NCBI GenBank assembly: GCA_951406725.2
Contig: OX597828.1
Coordinates: forward strand, 64,294,001-64,358,000
DNA from: Octopus vulgaris
Lineage: Eukaryota
DNA length: 64,000 nt
Direction: 5' to 3'
The notes below the pieces were generated by a model. That model was not told where the DNA came from. It worked only from the letters and a program-made list of their open reading frames with translations, and searched no databases. Shown here piece after piece: positions 40,926 to 52,911 of the stretch. The translations under genes were made by a program, and so were the position numbers. Position 1 is the first letter of the stretch. The number at the start of each line of letters is the position of its first letter.

Positions 40926-42129
40926 GCAGGGGCTCCAAAAATGGGAAAAAGGAAAATGAGATGAAAAAAAGAAAAACGGCAACGCCAAGAAAAATTCAGA
41001 AGTATCTTCAGACTGTTTGTTCCCTGCTGTAATATGCAACAACCTGTCCTTGGACAATTCTAGCAGAATATCCCCTTGTTTCTATAGCAAGAAGTGACCA
41101 GCTTCTCGTAGAATCACTTTAGATTTCAGGCGAAAAGTCATTGTCAGTTGTTCCCTTCGACCTTTCATACAGTGCAGCCGATTCTGAGAGAAGAAATTAA
41201 ACCAAGGAGTTTATCGAGGAACGAAAGGATGAAAAGTAAAGTTAGATTCATGGTATTTGAACTCGGCGAACAAGGCACAAGAATATATTTGTTATCCGAT
41301 GTCCTAACGTCTCGTTGGGTCAAGTGCAAACTTGAGCCGATTAAGAGCGAACTAGAGCCACTAGAAACATACAGCAGTGGGTAGGACATGGGGATAGGTA
41401 GACAGGGGGGGGGGGTAGATTAGGAACAATTAAAATGAGCAAAATGATACAGTCAAAACTATAGGAAAATACAAACAGACAATAAATGACAGATTGCGAC
41501 AGAATAAGAAAGACAAAATACACAAAAAGAGAAACAGAAAAAAAAGAAAAGAAAACAGATAGGCCGTAAAAAATATAGCGAAGAAGTAGGGGAGAAAAGG
41601 TAAAACAAGGCTGAACAAAAAGATAAAGCAAAAAATACAACATGAAGACAAAAAGGGGGAAAAAAGGAGGCGGAACAAGAAGGGGCGGAGCATAAAGAAG
41701 AAAAACGACAAAAACAAGGTTTGAAGGTAAGAGAAAATTAAAAAGGAATAAAAGGAAAAAGATTCAAAAGTTTCTGAATAGAAAATAAATTTAGGCCAAC
41801 GTTTGATGCTTTTGGGATTAGGTTTTCATTTTTACGTTCCCACCTTTGCTTTTTACTTAAACATTTATTTCTATTGTTTATTTGTGCATTTAATTATCTA
41901 TCTATCATTATATATATATATATACAAACACACACACACACACACATTAGGATTGTTTTCTATGAATGTAATTGTAAATGTATGTGTATATGTAGAAGAG
42001 CATGAGTGCGTGCGTGTGTGTGTGTGTGTGTGTGTTTCTTGTGCCTATGAGTCTTTTTCACCTATTTTGCTTTTTTTTTTTTATCTCGTGTTTCAAGTCA
42101 GATCAGGTTTTAATTTAGTTTCAATTCGT

Positions 42130-42520
42130 AAGCTTGGCAGTGTGGTTAAACATTTCGCTCAGCAACCACATGGCTTCGCGTTCAGTCCTACTGCGCTGCA
42201 CCTCGTGCAAATGTCTTCCACTGTGGCTCAGACTGACCAATGCCTTGTGACAGGATTTGATAGACAGAAACTGAGTTGAGGCCCAATGTAGGAACACACA
42301 CGCACACACACAAACATACACACACGTGTGTGTGTATGTGTGTGTGATTGTATGTTTCTCCTCCTACCGCTTGACAACCGGTTCAACAAAACTGACCGAT
42401 ACAAAAAATACCAGATGTAACAAAAAGCAGTACAGAGTTGTTCTTTTAGACTAAAACCGTCATGGTTGTGCTCCAGCATGATCGCATTCCAATGACTGAA
42501 ACAAATAAAAGAATAAAAGA
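42130..42520 (+). mobile_element. SINE family A, diverged
   Basis: tggcagtgtggtt...gttcagtcctactgcg...tgactgaaacaaataaaaga. Confidence 0.75.
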
Positions 42521-43127
42521 ACGGAAACCACCTGCCAAGTTCTGTTGTTGTTGTTGTTGTTGTTGTAGCCGTTATTTAACCCCAGGTCAGCGTTGGTCCA
42601 GCAGACCCAGGATCCAAACATGTCTGTCCTATCTTGTATTGAAACACTATAATGCTGGATCCTCCATCGGTTTCTACGAAGAGCATTCAATTGACGATGA
42701 ACTGTGCAATCTGCTACTTAACTTTTTCGCATTCACACCGTTTATTTCCATTGTTTTAAATGAATCAAGTCTCGAAGCTTTTCAACGTTTTGATGAGGTA
42801 ATTGTTAATGTTTAGGATAGTGTTGGGTTGGTGTGAAAGGTCGGATCTGGTCAGTTTCATCGTAGAATATTTTGTCCAGATATGGCCGGTTTATATGTTA
42901 AACGGTTAGATAAACCAGCTAATTAAATTAAACCGCAAATTAAATTAACATCAAAGTGCCTAAGTATTCCTCAGACACTTACACAACATAATTCTCAGGG
43001 TAAAATCAGGCCCTTTGACTTACAGTCACAAAATATTCCAAGGGTTCCCATGGTTTTCGTGCCCTCACTTTCACTCTCATACATATATACATGCATGCAT
43101 GCATACATACATACATACATACATACA

Positions 43128-43159
<32 letters not shown>

Positions 43160-43175
43160 AATACACACACACGCA

Positions 43176-43218
<43 letters not shown>

Positions 43219-43243
43219 AGTGAGAGAGAGAGAGAGAGAGAGA

Positions 43244-43341
<98 letters not shown>

Positions 43342-43475
43342 ACGAATGCCGCCGTTGATTAGCTCCTAGAGGCCTCAACGCCAGCATTCGTCCTATTTAT
43401 CTGGAATGCCATGTTAGTTTGGCAATAACAATTAATATCCAGTACCGCAGCTGTAGTCTCCTTTACAGAGATTTA

Positions 43476-44497
43476 GAACGCGTATTGTCCTTATCTTCGA
43501 AACTTGGAGTAGATGAAACAAGGACAACTGAAGAAGGGGAATATTCTTTATGTTTCATGTCTCGTTTCTCTGCTTTTTTCGTTGTTCGAAAAAAAGTTCG
43601 TTTCCTTGTTTTTGTTTTTATGTTTTCGTTTCTCATTGTGCTCAACGTTTTTTTTTTGATGTCCTATACCTATATATGCATGTATATATACATATATATA
43701 TATGTAGGTATGTACATATATGCATGTATATATGCATATATTTATATATTATTTATATTATTATATGATCGAACGCCAAGCATCTTTTTCCAAGTAAGTT
43801 TTATCCTAATAATTACGATGCGCACTCTTCTATCACTACTATCTCTTCTTAGTCTATCTCCTCCCTCTCTTGTTCTTCATCCTTTTTGGTTTTCTCTCCC
43901 ACCCTACCCTATTCTTCTCCTCTCCTCTTCACCGTTCCCTCTTTCTCACTCTTCCTCCTTGACTCTCTCGTCGCTGACACGTGATGAAAGGGAATCTATA
44001 TTTCTGTCCATTTCCTTCCTAAAGACAAGACATGCTTATACCTGTCTCCTCTCATAAGCTCGTTCTCCTAGCGTTCATAATAATTCTTCTATCGTCTTGG
44101 CTTAACAGCCCTCACCGTTTGTTTTTACTGTTTTGTTCACACTGTCCTGTTCTTGTTACCACTTTCACCCTCCGCAAAAATCCCAAATTTTATTTAATTT
44201 GCTTTGCGGGAAGGATTGTTTCAACGAAGTCGCGTATTGTCATTACCTTCGAAAACCGGAGTAGATGAAACAGGGACAACTGATGAAGGGGAATATTCTT
44301 TATGTTGCATGTCTTGTTTCTCTGTTTTTCTTTTCGTTGTCGAAAAGTTCGTTTTTTATGTTTTTGTTTTTATATTTTCGTTTCTCATTGTGTTCAACGT
44401 TTTTTGATATCCTGTACCCATATACGCATGTATATATACATATATATGTAGGTATGTACATATATGCATATATATATGCATATATTTATATATTATT

Positions 44498-44505
<8 letters not shown>
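43476..44505 (+). repeat. Direct repeat pair (~43476-43762 and ~44231-44505) carrying CTGA(A/T)GA motifs; possible Penelope pseudo-LTR-type tandem
   Basis: cgcgtattgtc...ggagtagatgaaaca(a/g)ggacaactga(a/t)gaaggggaatattcttt... followed by a T-rich tail, present twice. Confidence 0.7.
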
Positions 44506-44545
<40 letters not shown>

Positions 44546-44548
<3 letters not shown>

Positions 44549-44729
44549 ATTGCAGCGTGGAAGGTGTTTATAAGCCATTTAAGAAACACAAAATCCGTTA
44601 GATTCACTTCAACATTTAAATTTAATTTGTCAAAATATTTTCGTCGCTTTGAGACCGCGACCTGTTCACTGGCAAAATTCCGTGTTGCACGGAATTTTGG
44701 CTTATAAACACCTTCCACGCTGCAATTGT
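44546..44729. mobile_element. 184-bp element with perfect 32-bp terminal inverted repeats inside (TA/CA)n
   Basis: acaattgcagcgtggaaggtgtttataagcca (44546-44577) and its reverse complement (44698-44729); internal hairpin caaaattccgtg-ttg-cacggaattttg. Confidence 0.8.
44627..44675 (-). ncRNA. Hammerhead-like motif, G3-C8 core variant
   Basis: Minus strand: ttgcca-GTGAACA-g-gtcgc ggtctcaaa gcgac-GAAA-ata-TTT-tgacaa; stem I 5/6 bp, stem II 5 bp, palindromic AAATATTT. Confidence 0.5.
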
Positions 44730-45109
44730 TTATATATATATATATACACACATATGTCATCAGATCTTAGAAGGTATGCGTTTCTGCATCACTACACTTC
44801 CGTAATTTCGAATACCGAATCAGTTCCACATGTCTATAAAAATGGTGTTAGTAACAACGTAGAAACACATCCGACTATGTCATTCGTAGCCAAAGTGTCT
44901 TCAGACATTTTACTTAGAGAATTTTCTCTAGAGACTATTTCTACAAATAAGAAGTTTTTCTGCATCGGAGTGTAAAAAAACGTGTTAAATACCATTGTAT
45001 ACGCATATATTTCATTCAACGCTGCTTCCTGCGACGCTTGTTGATAAGTAGTCTTTGTAAAAAAAATATGTTGTTTGGATTTCTCAATCATTTTATACAT
45101 TGTTCGCAG

Positions 45110-45892
45110 CGGGTACCTTCACTAAATTCGGACCATTTAGCTTTGACTTCATTAGCTTCCTCACCTTTTTCATGTACTCCCTCCCAATTTTCGTTTTCAA
45201 TTCTATAGTTAGCACTCTGTCAGGTTCTAATACTCCTAGATACTTATAACTCCCTCTTCCTTTCAACCTGGTGATTGGATGCCTTCGCTGTTCACTACCT
45301 GTCCCCTTCTCATGACTAATATTGCACACTTATCTTTGCCAAATTCCATGCCTCTATCTTTGTTGAAGAGTTTTACTGTCTGTATTAAGGAATCTGTCTC
45401 TTATTCTGATATGTCCCGCATTATGACGGTGTGTTTCGCTGTCTGTGTGACTGACCCGAAGAGTGTACCTCGCTGACTGACACTGCTTGCTGCGTCTGTC
45501 CACTATTCATTAATTTATCACTAGTGGAACAGCCCACTTCTCACTTGGGGGTATCCGCCACAACATATTCATTCTTACTAAAAAGCTTCTGCTCATCTAT
45601 GTTGAGGAAACGGTAATTTTTTTCCCTTATTATTTCTGAATTGATACCCTGTCGTTGCCTTCCTTAGTACTAAACTGAGGGGGGTCAAACATAACACAAA
45701 TATTAAAGGGGATAACGAGTCCCTTTGGAAAATTCCTCTCTTGATATTAACTTTCCCTGAGACTGTGTCACCTGAGTAGAATCTACTTTCCATTTCTTCA
45801 TGCTACAGCTAATTAAATCTCTTATGTTGTCTGCTTTATTGAATATACTCAAACATTCGCTTATCTATGAGTGTGGGATCATGTCATAGGCT
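45110..45892 (-). mobile_element. R4/Dong-like LINE reverse transcriptase fragments
   Basis: VNIKRGIFQRDSLSPLIFVLCLTPLS (RT motif) and SYKYLGVLE...VRKLMKSKLNGPNLVK; the YxDD region is missing or interrupted. Confidence 0.85.
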
Positions 45893-45904
45893 TTATTATT
45901 ATTA

Positions 45905-45968
<64 letters not shown>

Positions 45969-46169
45969 CATTATTATGAAAATGTTAGCACATCGGGTAA
46001 AATGCTTAGCGGCATTTCGTCTGTCTTTACGTTTTGAGTTCACATGCCGGCAAGGTCGACTTTGCCTAACATCAGGTAAACGGGCTTTAAACGGTATACT
46101 ACATGGTATACCAAAGCTCAAAATTTACATATATGTACAAACACATACACACACACACATTCATACATT

Positions 46170-46204
<35 letters not shown>

Positions 46205-46257
46205 GTGTATGTATATATATATGTATGAATGTATATATATATATATATATATATATA

Positions 46258-47450
46258 ACCCTCCACCCTGCCCCTCCAACGCACCATTCTCCGAGCCTTC
46301 CGGCGACTCCAGTCCGACCCTCCACTTCGCACATCTTCCCCAATCTACCCTCCCCTCCTTCAAGCGAGTCCACAACCTACGTGACCTCCTGGCCCACAAT
46401 TTTTACCCTAACCCCACCTTCCAGCCTAGCTCGTTCCCCTGCTCCCGCTTACGCTACCTTACTTGCCCCTACCTCTCCAACACCATCATCGCCCCTATCA
46501 TCACCGACTCCTTTACTTGCACTTCTAGCAACGTCATTTACTGCATCTCCTGCTCTTTCCGTCCTACTCTGTACATTGGTCAAATGGGACGCCGCTTGGC
46601 TGACCGGTTCGCAGAGCACCTCCGAGACATTAGACTCGGCAACAACACCTCGGTCTCGCGCCATTTCCGCTCTACTGGTCATTCATTACAACACTTGTCT
46701 GTGTTCGGATTGTCTTTGAACAGAGGCCATCCGGACACCCACCTCCATCGTGAACAGGAATTAATCTTTTCTCTTCGCTTCTTTGCGTCACATGAGCTCA
46801 AATCCGCTCCCCTCTTCGTCTGACGCCCCTCCTCTCCTCTCTTCACCTGACACCTACTTCCTCTATTCACTCCTACTCACCTCTCCTCCCTTGCCCTGAC
46901 ACTTCCTCTCTTCACTCCTACCCACCTTCTCCCTTCATCGACACTACATCCCCACACATCCCACCCCTACATCCTCACCCTTAACCCGCATCCCACCCTC
47001 ACATCCCCAGACCCTACCGTCACATCCGAACACCTCACTCTCACATCCCCACATACTAACACCACCACACTAAAGGACACACTGCCACACCACAGGTCAC
47101 ACCACCACACTCAGACTTTATAGACCTACACATTAAAGTCACCAGCCTATCCACACGCACAAACTTACACCCTCTCACATACACACGCACGCGCACCTTC
47201 GTTTTTGGGATCACCAATACTTTATTATTTCCCCTTCTTCCTAGCGCTTCTGTCCAGCTACCTTTGTCTAAACAGTCGCCATAATTGAACGCTAACTCCA
47301 AAAGTTTTTTTAATTCTCTCTCTGTTTATTTCCTCGTGTTCCTTTCTGTTGAAGAGCGTCGGCTCGAAACGTAAAATACTTTTTCACATTCCCGAGCGTC
47401 AAACTAATATACCTGCTGTTTTCGTCTTTTGTTTTTTCTGTAAATTTCAA
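46258..47450 (+). mobile_element. Penelope-like element (Neptune-type) 3' end: GIY-YIG endonuclease remnant plus 3' UTR
   Basis: FKRVHNLRDLL...FTCTSSNVIYCISC...LYIGQMGRRLADRFAEHLRDIR...VSRHF...GHS...REQELIFSL (stop 46823); inserted in (TA)n. Confidence 0.9.
47343..47376 (+). ncRNA. Minimal hammerhead-like motif in the Penelope 3' UTR (A6U variant)
   Basis: ttt-CTGTTGA-a-gagc gtcg gctc-GAAAC-GTA-aaa; position matches known PLE pLTR hammerheads. Confidence 0.65.
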
Positions 47451-48405
47451 ATATATGTGTGTATATGTGTGTGTGTATACACACACATTGGTGCATCTGT
47501 ATATAATAGGTGTGTGTTTGTACACGTATGTGTATGTACGAGCATCGTTTACGTTGTGTCCTTTTAAATTCCGTAACTTAGCATCTCGATAAATGGATAT
47601 CGCTAACATGTTCCGCATTTGAATAAATAAAACCTGTAAATGAACATACTGTGATGTGCTACAACATCCCTTGGCCACCAACTGCCCCAGTAGTGACCTG
47701 ACTCCTACACTCCTGTGTATCCCCACAAATACCTCGCCTTCCCATTCATATTAAATATGTTTATATGTCGTCTTCCATTGTTCATTAACCAACAGAAAAC
47801 AATGAAGAAAAACGAAGCGAACTGTTTGTTTTGTGTTTTGTGTTGCGCCCCGCGATATGTCTCGCCTCGTCTCTGATCGCCGCTGCACGGAATTGCCAAC
47901 CCACCCACTTATCTATGACCTCGTCCCCGACACCACCTAACCTTTCATCTTGTTCGGTCCTTCAACTTAGATCCTCCCTCTCCTTCCTTCCTTCTCCTCT
48001 TCCTAACACTCCACACAACGTAACACACCTTCCTCCTTCCCAATCTCGTCTTCAACTTCCTTTTCTTTCCTCTTTTTCTGAGTTGACAACAGGGAAAAAG
48101 CCGCTCCAGATGCAAAAATACGGACAGATGTACTGCGTGAGTCATATGTGTGATATATGTGTGCGCGTTTGCTTGTGAGTGCGTGTGTGTGTGTACGCGC
48201 GCATGTGTGTATGTGTGCATGCGTGTGCTTGTGAGTGCGTGTGTACACAAGTGCATGCTTATGTATGATTATATGATTATATATGTGTGTATACACACAC
48301 ACTCACACGTCTATATATATATATATATATATATGCACATATATATTTATATATGCGTGCATGTATATATATATATATATATATATATATGTGCATGTAT
48401 GTATG

Positions 48406-48436
<31 letters not shown>

Positions 48437-48454
48437 ATATATATATATATATAT

Positions 48455-48536
<82 letters not shown>

Positions 48537-48566
48537 TAAAAATACTTCATACTACATGCATTATAT

Positions 48567-48610
48567 GCGCTACTAATAGTTTCACGCACACAAGTCCGTT
48601 CATCAGGCGC
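48567..48610 (-). ncRNA. Minimal type I hammerhead ribozyme, canonical core; degenerate tandem copy at 48907-48942
   Basis: Minus strand: gcgc-CTGATGA-acg gacttgtgtg cgt-GAAAC-tatta-GTA-gcgc. Confidence 0.75.
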
Positions 48611-49069
48611 TGAATGCTTCTCTAGCAGCATTCTAAGATATAGATGTTTTGGTGGTATTGGCATATTCTTGGTCGACTAGCCAATGTGGTACAAATCCAT
48701 GTCTATGCGAAGATAATGGGATTTTTTTCAGACTGACTCCCTGATACCACAATCATGCCAACTATGTTAGTTATAAATATGCGATCGACAGGCGATGTAA
48801 GGGGGTGAATATACGAAATTAATTTGTGTAAAAATCAACAAGAATAGTTCTCCAAGTAATGAGAGTCTAATATTACTATAAATGATTCATACTACATGCA
48901 TTATATGCGCTACCAATAGATACGAGTACGTTCATCAGGCGTCGATTGCATTTATAATAATATTAGACTCTTATTAGATGGAGTACTCATCTCGCTGATT
49001 GTTATATGAATTAATTTCATATATATATATATGAGAGAGGGGTGAGTTTTCATCACTAGCTGGTGATTA

Positions 49070-49118
49070 ATACACGCTGAGGACGGGTAGCTACCCAGAA
49101 ACTCGAGTCCCTGTGTAT
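49070..49118 (+). ncRNA. Minimal type I hammerhead ribozyme-like motif
   Basis: atacacg-CTGAGGA-c-gggta gc taccc-a-GAAAC-tcga-GTC-cc-tgtgtat; palindromic stem III ACTCGAGT. Confidence 0.7.
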
Positions 49119-49455
49119 CACGTATTGCTAGGGATAGAAGCGATGACCTTACCTCGCAAATACTAATCGGACATAGATTGACAACAAATTTCTTGATATT
49201 GCTGAAATAGGAGGTCTGGAAATACAATACCATATTAAAACGATTATATTGCCAATCTTCAGGTCTAGATTATATGAACTTATTTTGCTATTTACATTCT
49301 ATATAAAGACATGACAAACTAAAATTATATAACTAGAAGTTGTCGGAATAATTTTACTTTGGTAAATAATGAACAGAAATGTAAAAGTAAAATTATTCCG
49401 ACAACTTCGAATTTTTCTATATTTATTTGATAATTATTATAAGTTAAGATAGTAC

Positions 49456-49545
<90 letters not shown>

Positions 49546-49550
49546 TTTAA

Positions 49551-49669
49551 ACCTGATGAGTGACTATATTTTTAAATAGAATTAATTTTAAATCGATTTA
49601 ATTTTAAATCGAATTGTTTCTATTATCATTATTACCTATTTGAAAATATAGCCACAAAACGTGCGTAGT
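49551..49669 (+). ncRNA. Degenerate hammerhead with a 20-bp extended stem II (G12 mutated to A)
   Basis: ac-CTGATGA-gtgactatatttttaaatag...ctatttgaaaatatagccac-AAAAC-gtgc-GTA-gt; 19 of 20 stem II positions pair. Confidence 0.55.
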
Positions 49670-49818
49670 CAATTTACTACTATTTACTATTTATTGTTTA
49701 TGCACTGTTTATGATTTTTAGAATAAGGTTTTTATAGTATATTTATTTTTTCTATATGGTGTGAATAACGGCTTTCACTATTGTATTGCTTAATAGAGGT
49801 TTCCTCTCAATTATATAC

Positions 49819-49897
<79 letters not shown>

Positions 49898-49935
49898 AAT
49901 TAGATAGATTGATATATCAGCAGAGACAGACAGGT

Positions 49936-49976
<41 letters not shown>

Positions 49977-50464
49977 ATATATGTATTTGTATCTGTGTGT
50001 ATGTGAGTGTAAGTGTCTATAAATGTGTGTACATATGAATGTGTGCGCGTGTGTGTGTGTGTGCTGGGTGTACATTCGACAAGTAGTGAAGACTCAGTAC
50101 CGATAGAATGGTTTAAATGTCGTTATACGATACATGTGTATTACAGTATGTTACTTAAGTTTCACGGCAATCAATGCGAATCTGACAATCAGATTCACAT
50201 TGATTACTCCATCAAACACCTGTACAGTATGATTCCTTCACGTAATTTCAGTTGTTAATCTCGTGTGCACATGTCTCATAACTTCCGCTAATCTTTCAAA
50301 TTTTAAATCTCTTGAATTTAATCTGTGTCTGTAACAAATATATACTTGAAATGTCTGTTGAATAATATATGTCAGATATACGAAAAATATATATCGGTGC
50401 AAGTGGGCGCCATATATGAAGAACGAGAGCCTCTACTTACATATTGTACTGTATCAGATATCTA

Positions 50465-50625
50465 TTCTTTTAGCTTTTTGACTTGTTTCAGTCATAGGAC
50501 TGCGGCCATGCTGGAGCATCAGCTTGAAAGATTTAGATGATCAAATCGAAACCTGTACAAATTTATAAGCTTGGCATTTATTCCATCGGTTGCATTTCGC
50601 GAAACGACTAAGTTACCGGGACACT
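50465..50625 (-). mobile_element. SINE family A 3' fragment
   Basis: acttgtttcagtcataggactgcggccatgctggagca. Confidence 0.7.
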
Positions 50626-50968
50626 GCCATTTATTCTCTCATTATCTTTCAATCTTTCCACCTCCAGTTAGCTAACCAGCTTCCCGTCTGTTTGACTTTC
50701 TGACTGTCTGTCTGTCCTTTTGTTTCTCTATCTCTGTCTAAAAACCAAAGCTATGTCTTCATTTTATGTTTATAATTTACTTTCACATGAGTCTCATGCT
50801 AGAATAGTGTTCACTTACATAAGTCAATATGTGTGAGAGTTTAAGACAGGACGTGTTCTTTATTTCTAAACCCGAAGGATGGAAGCCAAGGCTGACCGTG
50901 GGGCAGAGTCGCAACGAATACCACAAAAGATTCTACCTGACTCTACCACGTTTTCTTTCTCATTCACG

Positions 50969-51020
<52 letters not shown>

Positions 51021-51054
51021 CACACAGAGATTATGTTATGTTTGTTATATATCT

Positions 51055-51284
51055 GTTTCTTTATTGCCCACAAGGGGCTAAACATAGATGGGACAAACAA
51101 GGACAGACAAACGGATTAAGTCGATTACATCGACCCCAGTGCGTAACTGGTACTTAATTTATCGACCCCGAAAGGATGAAAGGCAAAGTCGACCTCGGCG
51201 GAATTTGAACTCAGAACGCAACGACAGACGCAATACCGCTTAGCATTTCGCCCGGTGTGCTAACGTTTCTGCCAGCTCGCCGCC
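51055..51284 (-). mobile_element. SINE family B, full-length monomer
   Basis: Minus strand ggcggcgagctggcagaaacgttagcac...gagttcaaattccgccgaggtcgactttgcctttcatcctttcggggtcgataaattaagtaccag...gggcaataaagaaa. Confidence 0.9.
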
Positions 51285-51707
51285 TTTCATTAAAATGTTC
51301 CTCCCCACGGAAATCTTTAGTAAAAGGCGAAAGATTTATCCGCTCGGGGTGAGGAGAAACCAGAGTTATATATGTTTGTTATATATCTGTGTAAGCGTTA
51401 TGCCAAAGGCCTATCTGCTTTTGAGTTTACCATTTCTTATTAATTTTTTTCCCCATCTTTATTCATTAATTGGTTCTTTTTAAACAAAAGGAATCTGGGA
51501 TGGTCTTGACACGTTAAAAGAATTTAGTTAAATAGAGAAAACTTCTTAACGGATGAGAAAATCTTGAATAAAATGTGTTTGAGATTAATTTATAAATACG
51601 TGGAAGCATAAAACTAGAATGAAGGCGTGTTTTTAATATTTCAAAGAAATAATAAATAATAAATACACATACATACATAGGCTTGCATATACATACATAT
51701 ATATATG

Positions 51708-51779
<72 letters not shown>

Positions 51780-51808
51780 CCCTCTCTCTCTCTCTTCTCT
51801 CTCTCTCT

Positions 51809-51918
<110 letters not shown>

Positions 51919-52716
51919 TGCACACCCATATGGTGCGGTACCCTTTAATTAAATCATCAAGGAATCTGAATTGTTTTTGGCAGCTCAAAAGGAAGCAAAC
52001 AAACAAACAACAAAAGGATAAAAGAAGCACTCTGTAATTCCACCGGAGCAATTATCAATAACAATATGCAGTTAGAAGAAGAAGAAGAAGAAGAAGAAGA
52101 AGAAGAAAAAGAAGAAGAAGAAGAAGAAGAAGAAGAAGAAGAAGAAGAAGAAGAAGAAGAAGAAGAAGAACACAAGAGGAACGGCAACAGGAACAATAGC
52201 ATGGAACCAAAACAAAAACCGCCTTCCTCTAAAAAGCATAGAAAACTTATATCAACAAAGACTGGCGAAAGACAAAGAAACAAAGCGGTTTGGGGCGGAG
52301 GAGGAAGAGGAGGAAGCAAAAGAGAGGAGGGGAAGAGACAGAGAAGAAGAAGGAGAGGAGCAGGAGCAGCAGGAGGAGGAGGAGGAGAGTAAGAAGAAAG
52401 GAAACAATTACAGTAACAAAACAAATTGAAATCGAAGATTTAGATGTTTAGGGGACACATTGGTCCCTATCTTTCTTTTTCTTCCTTTTTCTCATTCTTC
52501 TTTTCTTTCTTTCTGTATTTTTCTTAGTTTTCTTTGCATTTTTTTTTTTGTTGTGTTATAGATTTTTAAAATTTCATTTTTTAAATTTCTATTTTTTTCT
52601 TCTTGACACAAAACTCCAAACAGTTATTTCTGTTTAATTTCTTTACCGCTTTCAACCGCCAGAAAATCCACACCCTCCATCGCCTCCACCACACGCAATA
52701 TACATGACGTGTGTGT

Positions 52717-52754
<38 letters not shown>

Positions 52755-52877
52755 GTGTGTGGGTGTGCGCGCGCTAGCGAGTGTGAGCGTGTGTGTGCGC
52801 GTGTGTGTATATATATATACATATACATACATATATGCATATATAAATACATACTTAAATGCGTATGTGTGTGTGTA

Positions 52878-52911
<34 letters not shown>

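Noticed and set aside
44834-45100. 88-aa non-repetitive minus-strand ORF
   Set aside because: No recognisable motif. It may be a decayed TE ORF but cannot be assigned without a search.
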